Shown: piece by piece, positions 56,712 to 64,000 of the stretch
Layout: each line of letters opens with the position of its first letter
How positions within the stretch are numbered: position 1 is the first letter of the stretch
Assembly (NCBI GenBank): GCA_964016885.1
Contig: OZ024743.1
Location: forward strand, 277,946,001 to 278,010,000
Source of the DNA: Eledone cirrhosa
Taxonomy: Eukaryota
Reading direction: 5' to 3'
DNA: 64,000 bases
The notes under the pieces: generated by a model
What the model saw: only the letters and a program-made list of their open reading frames with translations
What the model was told of the DNA's origin: nothing
Databases searched by the model: none
Program-made: the position numbers and the translations under genes

Positions 56712-56985
56712 ATACGGCTCAAAGACCCTCAAATCTTTAATAATCTGCCAAGAAAATTGAAAGATCTTGCATGGTATGGACGTGGATGTTTTCAAAATAA
56801 ATCTTAACACTCATCTATCCAGCATCCCAGATAAACCCACAGCACGGAACGAAGGAAACATAAGGGCAACAGCAACGAAATCCCTCCTACATCAATGGCC
56901 AGCCAACGCAGGCTGAATATAGAACTTGTAGCAACAACGGCCCTGCCTCAGTGTGGTCTCTGCCGGATGGCTGGAACAGGTAGAA
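56712..56985 (+). pseudogene. CR1-group LINE 3' end
   Basis: PQIFNNLPRKLKDL..DVFKINLNTHLSSIPDKP..ATKSLLHQ. Confidence 0.65.
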
Positions 56986-57044
56986 GAGTAAAAGAATATA
57001 TACATCCATGCAAAGAAATATATATATATATATATATAAATGTA

Positions 57045-57401
57045 TATATAATGTATTTTGCAATAAACTGTATGCTTAATTAAAAGCATTTTGAAGATCT
57101 TACGCTATTGTTTTAAAGTAGTGACTATGTCACTTTACTTCTATTTTCAGCAAACAAGGGGAAATAAGTTGACAGATCTCTGTTTCGTACTGTTGGTACT
57201 TATCAAAGCCTAGCACTCCTCTTGTCTGCTGAAAATTATGAATGTTGGATTCTTATAGAATTCCAGTAATAATCAGGAACTGATTATACAGAGCAGTTGC
57301 CGGTCCAGCAAAAATTGAAAATTAGAATTGGTTCTCTGAAATAGCGATATATATATATGAATGTATATATAGTGTATTTTGCAATATACATATATGTTTA
57401 A
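57045..57401 (-). mobile_element. Diverged homolog of the 316-bp hammerhead unit
   Basis: Aligns to 8330-8680. tgtattttgcaata is repeated at both ends. Hammerhead remnant at 57166-57211. Confidence 0.7.
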
Positions 57402-58204
57402 ATGTGGATATATATATGCAAACATATATACACTCACACACACATATATAAACATAACCATATGCTTTGGGTATTGTACGCGACATGCTCCAACCTAGTC
57501 GCTTCGGCCATAAACCTCGGTACCGAAGCCCGCAAATAACGAGATTTGCCCCGCTACTTCCAAGATTGCACCGGTTGCCGTTGAGATCTCAGGCTTCCCC
57601 AGATCCCATAAAGTAGGCCCCTTTGTGCGGTGGCTGATGCATCCGGTGTCAATGGTTATTGTTCATAGCAGAGCATTTCCAATTTTGTCCGTAGGACGCA
57701 GCGAAAACAACACTCAGCCGAATATATAGAATGTGTCACCCTTCAACCTTTCGTTCTTTGCTTGCTTAATAATCCTTGCTTTTTATTTCCTTTTCCTCTC
57801 ATATATATTATTTTGCAATGCAACTTTCTTTTTCTTAATCTTTCGCTAGTTATTAGTTAATTAATTATTTTTATGCAATCGAAAATATTTAAGAATGTCA
57901 ATTTAAATATCATAATATAAAAACATACGACTTTTAATTGATAGAGAAATTAATGCATAGAAGTACCTGGTGAATTCTACTTCGTATGTATATATATATA
58001 TTGTTTATCTTAAAAATTATAACCTTATGTATATATATGTATATATATATATATAATTATATATATAAGTATGCAGAGTAGAGCAACCGACGAAGTACAC
58101 AAGTGGGATATGTGTATATATATATATATATATATGTTTAAAGTTGAGACAGTAAACAGAAAGCAAAAAAACGTGGAAGCTAAGAGGCAGTACAAATGTT
58201 ACAA

Positions 58205-58398
58205 AGGGCGGTGAATTGGCAGTATCAGTAGAGGGTCGGACGCCATGCTTTCCACCATAGTTACGTCCCTTTACGGACTGAGTTCAAATCCCGCCGACGT
58301 TAACTTTGCCTTTCATCCTTACGGGGTCGATAAAATAAAGTACCACTAATACACTGGGATAATTGCTGGCCTTGTGCCAACAGTAGAAACAATTATTA
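58205..58398 (+). mobile_element. SINE family 1, full length
   Basis: Matches 29931-30125. Confidence 0.85.
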
Positions 58399-58653
58399 GT
58401 TTCTCGCTTGAGAGTGGGGGTATATATGTGTATATATATATGTATATATATATATTTATATTGATTTTTTCTGAAGACAGAATATATATGTGTAGGTATG
58501 TTTATTCCCTCTGATAGTTTGTAAACATTTTTCATAGATCTATATGATATACATACGAACACACACATATATATCATAGAAACGATCGTAAAATAATGAA
58601 TTTTTTAATATAAGGAACTGTTTCTTTGTTTTTATTAATTATTTTTATTAATT

Positions 58654-58685
<32 letters not shown>

Positions 58686-58694
58686 CATATATAC

Positions 58695-58744
<50 letters not shown>

Positions 58745-58890
58745 ATGTGTGTATATGTAGGTATATATGCTTGTATGTATGTATGTATATACGTATGCAT
58801 GTATGTGTGTGGGTGGGTGTGATGTTTTGGAAGACTATTGACAAATGTGGTATGTTAATCAATAGGTACTGAAACACACACACAGAAACT

Positions 58891-58969
<79 letters not shown>

Positions 58970-59073
58970 ACACACACGCACACATGCGTATATGTATATA
59001 TTTATGTACAAAATATCTGTGTATGAAAATGAATAATATAATATATATATATATACATATATATAAATAAATT

Positions 59074-59129
<56 letters not shown>

Positions 59130-59142
59130 TTATACATACGTA

Positions 59143-59174
<32 letters not shown>

Positions 59175-59187
59175 TTTATACATACGT

Positions 59188-59342
<155 letters not shown>

Positions 59343-59396
59343 TGTGTGTGTGTGCGTGTGTGTGTGTATATACATATACATGTGTGCATGTGTGTA

Positions 59397-59560
59397 TACC
59401 GGGTTCAATCGGGGGTAACCACAGTAAGTACTCAATACAAAGCAGGGTAAAAATATTTAAAATAGAATTGGCTTCTACAGGATTAGAACTGTTACGTTCG
59501 AAGGAAACTACTAGGAAACGCTTCCTTCGCATGAAACAGTACTAGTCCTGTAGAAGCCAT
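59397..59560. mobile_element. Penelope-like terminal fragment with a head-to-head inversion
   Basis: Homologous to 10595-10710. Inverted repeat 59468-59506/59522-59560. Confidence 0.65.
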
Positions 59561-59588
59561 ATATATATATATATATATATATGTTATG

Positions 59589-59675
<87 letters not shown>

Positions 59676-59729
59676 GTGTGTGTATGTGTGTTTATATACA
59701 TATACAAATATATATATATATATTTGTAT

Positions 59730-60345
59730 TATGATGGCTGCCCCCTCGTTATCGAGTATCGCCATTGCACGATATACCATTATTAATAATTATTAATAAT
59801 TATTAATTAATTCTATAGAGCAATGCCTGTGCGTGAAGACATTTTTTAAACTGAGGAAAGACTGTGCACTGAGCCAATCCCACTCTCTGAGCGACAGTAG
59901 CTATAACCCTAAAAGAAGAAAAGTTCAACATTATCGGTAACTACTGAGCCACAGGTTTCATATCGGAGTTATCCCACTTTCCTGAGTTGCCTTCTCCTAG
60001 AAAAATACCCTGAAAAGGCTAGGGTCCATCACTCCCAGTGGTTTAACCGCGCGATCGGGTGTCCAGCCCGTCTATTACTATGTCCCCGCGCATATACAAT
60101 CACATGCACCTATGTATATATACATATACATACATATGTACATGTGTATATACATATTTATACACTTTTAGATGACCGTTGACCCTTATGAGTTTTTCCG
60201 CCCTTTGTCATGTTTTGTTTTTTGTCCTGCAGGGCGTCCAAAATCACCCTCCTCACCAAGTAAACATGGTGGGGTTGCCGGTTTAGTCGCCGACGACCCG
60301 ACCACGCGACAGGTGGTACTGGGTTACATGTTACCAGGAGCACTG
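59730..60345 (-). mobile_element. Family B bipartite RTE element, complete, with an internal microsatellite-like spacer
   Basis: 60165-60345 resembles the family A 5' region. 59730-60090 matches 7105-7453. Confidence 0.75.
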
Positions 60346-60517
60346 TATATACATATATATATTTATTTATTTGTATATGTGAGAAAAACCACAGGCCCTC
60401 CATCTCAACTCTACTTTTGAAAAGCAGAAGAACTGCAAAACCGGTAAAGGAACCAAATAAATATATATATTTTTTTAAAAATAAGACTCCACTTGCATTT
60501 TCGATTTAATCTTTTTT

Positions 60518-60574
<57 letters not shown>

Positions 60575-60880
60575 TATATATATATATGTGTGTGTGTGTT
60601 GAGAGAAGGAGAGAGAGACATATCTATAAGGTGAATATATTTTGTTAAGTAAACTTATATCTGGGCATGTAAACAGTTAGTTGTTGATAAGTGAATGCGT
60701 TAAAATTCCCTTATGGAATCACACACACACGCACGCATATGTATATCTATATCTATCCATCTATCTTTCTATCTATCTATATATATATATATATTTATTA
60801 AAATAACAGATTAAAGTTTAAGCAAAGAATCGCTGCTTTCACCCTTAACGGGATCTTATGAAACTATATATATATATATA

Positions 60881-60913
<33 letters not shown>

Positions 60914-61054
60914 TGACAGTATTAAAAATTTGATACACAAGAAAATTATGCAAACTTTGCTATTATAGCTTGCATGAAAGAAAAATCATTTACAATTAGT
61001 ACAAAATACAAAAATTCCATTGAACCCTATATCTATATATATATATACCTATCG

Positions 61055-61107
<53 letters not shown>

Positions 61108-61138
61108 CCTATATAGATAGATAGATAGATAGATAGAT

Positions 61139-61173
<35 letters not shown>

Positions 61174-61200
61174 AAGATAGATAGATAGATAGATATATTT

Positions 61201-61272
61201 CTTCATTAGCCACAGGGGCACAAAAGAAGGGGACAAATACAAAGGGGGAAGTTTACATACAATAAAAACGTG
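61201..61272 (-). mobile_element. Extreme 3' end of the Tx1/L1-group LINE
   Basis: Reverse complement of about 27503-27575, next to (atag)n. Confidence 0.75.
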
Positions 61273-61364
61273 TAGATAGATAGCTCACCCTGTTTGTCAT
61301 ACATGTTTCTGTCTGTGTCTCTTTCTTTCTCTTTCCCTTTCTCTATACATCTGTCTATATCTGT

Positions 61365-61402
<38 letters not shown>

Positions 61403-61413
61403 AAAAACACACA

Positions 61414-61494
<81 letters not shown>

Positions 61495-61725
61495 TCATAT
61501 ATGGAAAAAGCCCAACGTTGGACGTTGGCACCTAACGGTGCGCTTTCGTCCGGTGTATGAACATAAATAAAAATATAACATATCTGCTTTCATACCAGAT
61601 TGAGAACTGTTTTCCTTTTTCCTTTTTCACATCCACCGGTATTTCACTACAACCTTCCATCCATCTATAGATCCATACATACAATCATACATACATACAT
61701 ACAGGGTCATCAGACAAGAACAAAT

Positions 61726-61785
<60 letters not shown>

Positions 61786-61854
61786 GTATGTATGTATGTA
61801 TGTATGTATGTATGTATGTATGTATGTATGTATGGTATAAATGTATGTATGTAA

Positions 61855-61925
<71 letters not shown>

Positions 61926-61927
61926 TA

Positions 61928-62023
<96 letters not shown>

Positions 62024-62107
62024 AGTATATATGTATATAAATATATATATATAAGTATATATGTATATATATATGTATATATATATATATATATATATGT
62101 ACATATA

Positions 62108-62139
<32 letters not shown>

Positions 62140-62378
62140 AGTATATATGTATATAAATATATATATATAAGTATATATATATGTACATATATATATACTT
62201 ATATATATATATTTATATACATATATATATAAATAAATACATTTTCTTGGTTCACCACTGTATAGAACTGGTCATTCCGTATGGTCAACCTCCGTGTAAT
62301 ATTATGGAGAAACTCAACGTAATGCAACTCCCCTTTCTTCGTTTGTGTAGTTGGTGGTGTGAGTACGGAGTTAATTAT

Positions 62379-62535
62379 TATAAAATAACAGAAGGCTAGA
62401 CTGGTGTAATTTCTTAAAAAGTTTATTATACTATGAAAATATCACTGACCGGGTTCATTGAACCCGGTCAGTGAAATGATCATACTACAATAAAACTTTT
62501 AAGGAACTATACCTGTCCAACCTCCTGTTATTTTA
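62379..62535. repeat. Diverged palindrome
   Basis: Core tcactgaccgggttca-t-tgaacccggtcagtga, with pairing extending to taaaataacag/ctgttatttta. Confidence 0.8.
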
Positions 62536-62684
62536 TTATATATAAATATATTATATGCATACATGTATATATATTTATATATATATATATTTATACACAT
62601 ATATATATACATATATACTTATACATATATATGCATATATGTGTATATGTATGTGTGTACACACACACACACACACACAGACAT

Positions 62685-62762
<78 letters not shown>

Positions 62763-62937
62763 GTTTGTCTGATATTTGAGTGCGTGTTAGGGTTAATATT
62801 TATGTAATACCTTCAACACGCAGAGACTTTTTATTATCAACAAACGACCTTGTGTATTATATACTAATCGATATGTTTTACAATATATATATATATAATA
62901 AGGAGTTGACGGACCCAGCATATTTATCAGGACCGGT

Positions 62938-63055
<118 letters not shown>

Positions 63056-63133
63056 TATGTGTATAGTGTCCAAGCGTATATATATCCATATGTATATATT
63101 ATACTCATGTTGGCCATGGGTATATATATATAT

Positions 63134-63220
<87 letters not shown>

Positions 63221-63430
63221 TGTGCATATATATACAAATATATATATTGAAGTTAAAATATAATTCTATATGTGCAGATAAATTCAGTGCCTTAAGAAAA
63301 ATATTGGAATGTATGTAAAAGCTTTCTGTCAGGACCAATGAATTCTCTTACATAAATAGAAATATTATGTCTGAATTTTGTGACATTGCATTTAGGATTA
63401 AGAAACAATTGAAAATACAATAGCGTGGTG

Positions 63431-63494
<64 letters not shown>

Positions 63495-63522
63495 TATAAG
63501 TGTATATATATATAAGTGTATA

Positions 63523-63573
<51 letters not shown>

Positions 63574-63635
63574 GTGTGTGTGTATATATATATGTGTGTT
63601 GGTATATATATATATATGTATATATATATATGTAT

Positions 63636-63757
<122 letters not shown>

Positions 63758-63900
63758 TACAATTGTAAAATTATAAAATTAAATTGTTTAGACCCACAAG
63801 GGAAATCCTTTTTCCTTTTTTTCCACTATGCATATACATATGCAAACATATTTATTATGTATATAAGTTATATATGTATATATTTACATCTATGAATCTT

Positions 63901-63953
<53 letters not shown>

Positions 63954-63958
63954 AAATG

Positions 63959-64000
<42 letters not shown>

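Noticed and set aside
57460-57720. Possible second CRE-like fragment (PVAVEISG)
   Set aside because: Too degenerate to call by eye.

Overview
AT-rich eukaryotic DNA made almost entirely of repeats. The SINE families and the extreme (TA)n/(CA)n/(TATG)n/(TATC)n density suggest an octopus-like cephalopod; this is an inference. I see no convincing host protein-coding gene, and almost all long ORFs are microsatellite translations. Recognisable elements: a full-length but disrupted R4/Dong-type retrotransposon (47586-51805), Tx1/L1-type, RTE-type and CR1-type LINE fragments, two Penelope-like GIY-YIG fragments, a decayed Sola2-like DNA transposase, bipartite non-autonomous RTE elements and tRNA-type SINEs. 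The most notable signal is a set of at least six unrelated short non-coding elements carrying type I hammerhead ribozyme motifs and sitting in (TA)n. They occur either as 1.0-1.4-unit head-to-tail repeats or as head-to-head palindromes (retrozyme / Penelope pLTR-like). Also seen: two twin-priming-type 5' inversions in RTE-group elements, and an apparent family-specific association with particular microsatellites. All alignments, translations and RNA folds were done by eye; boundaries are approximate.
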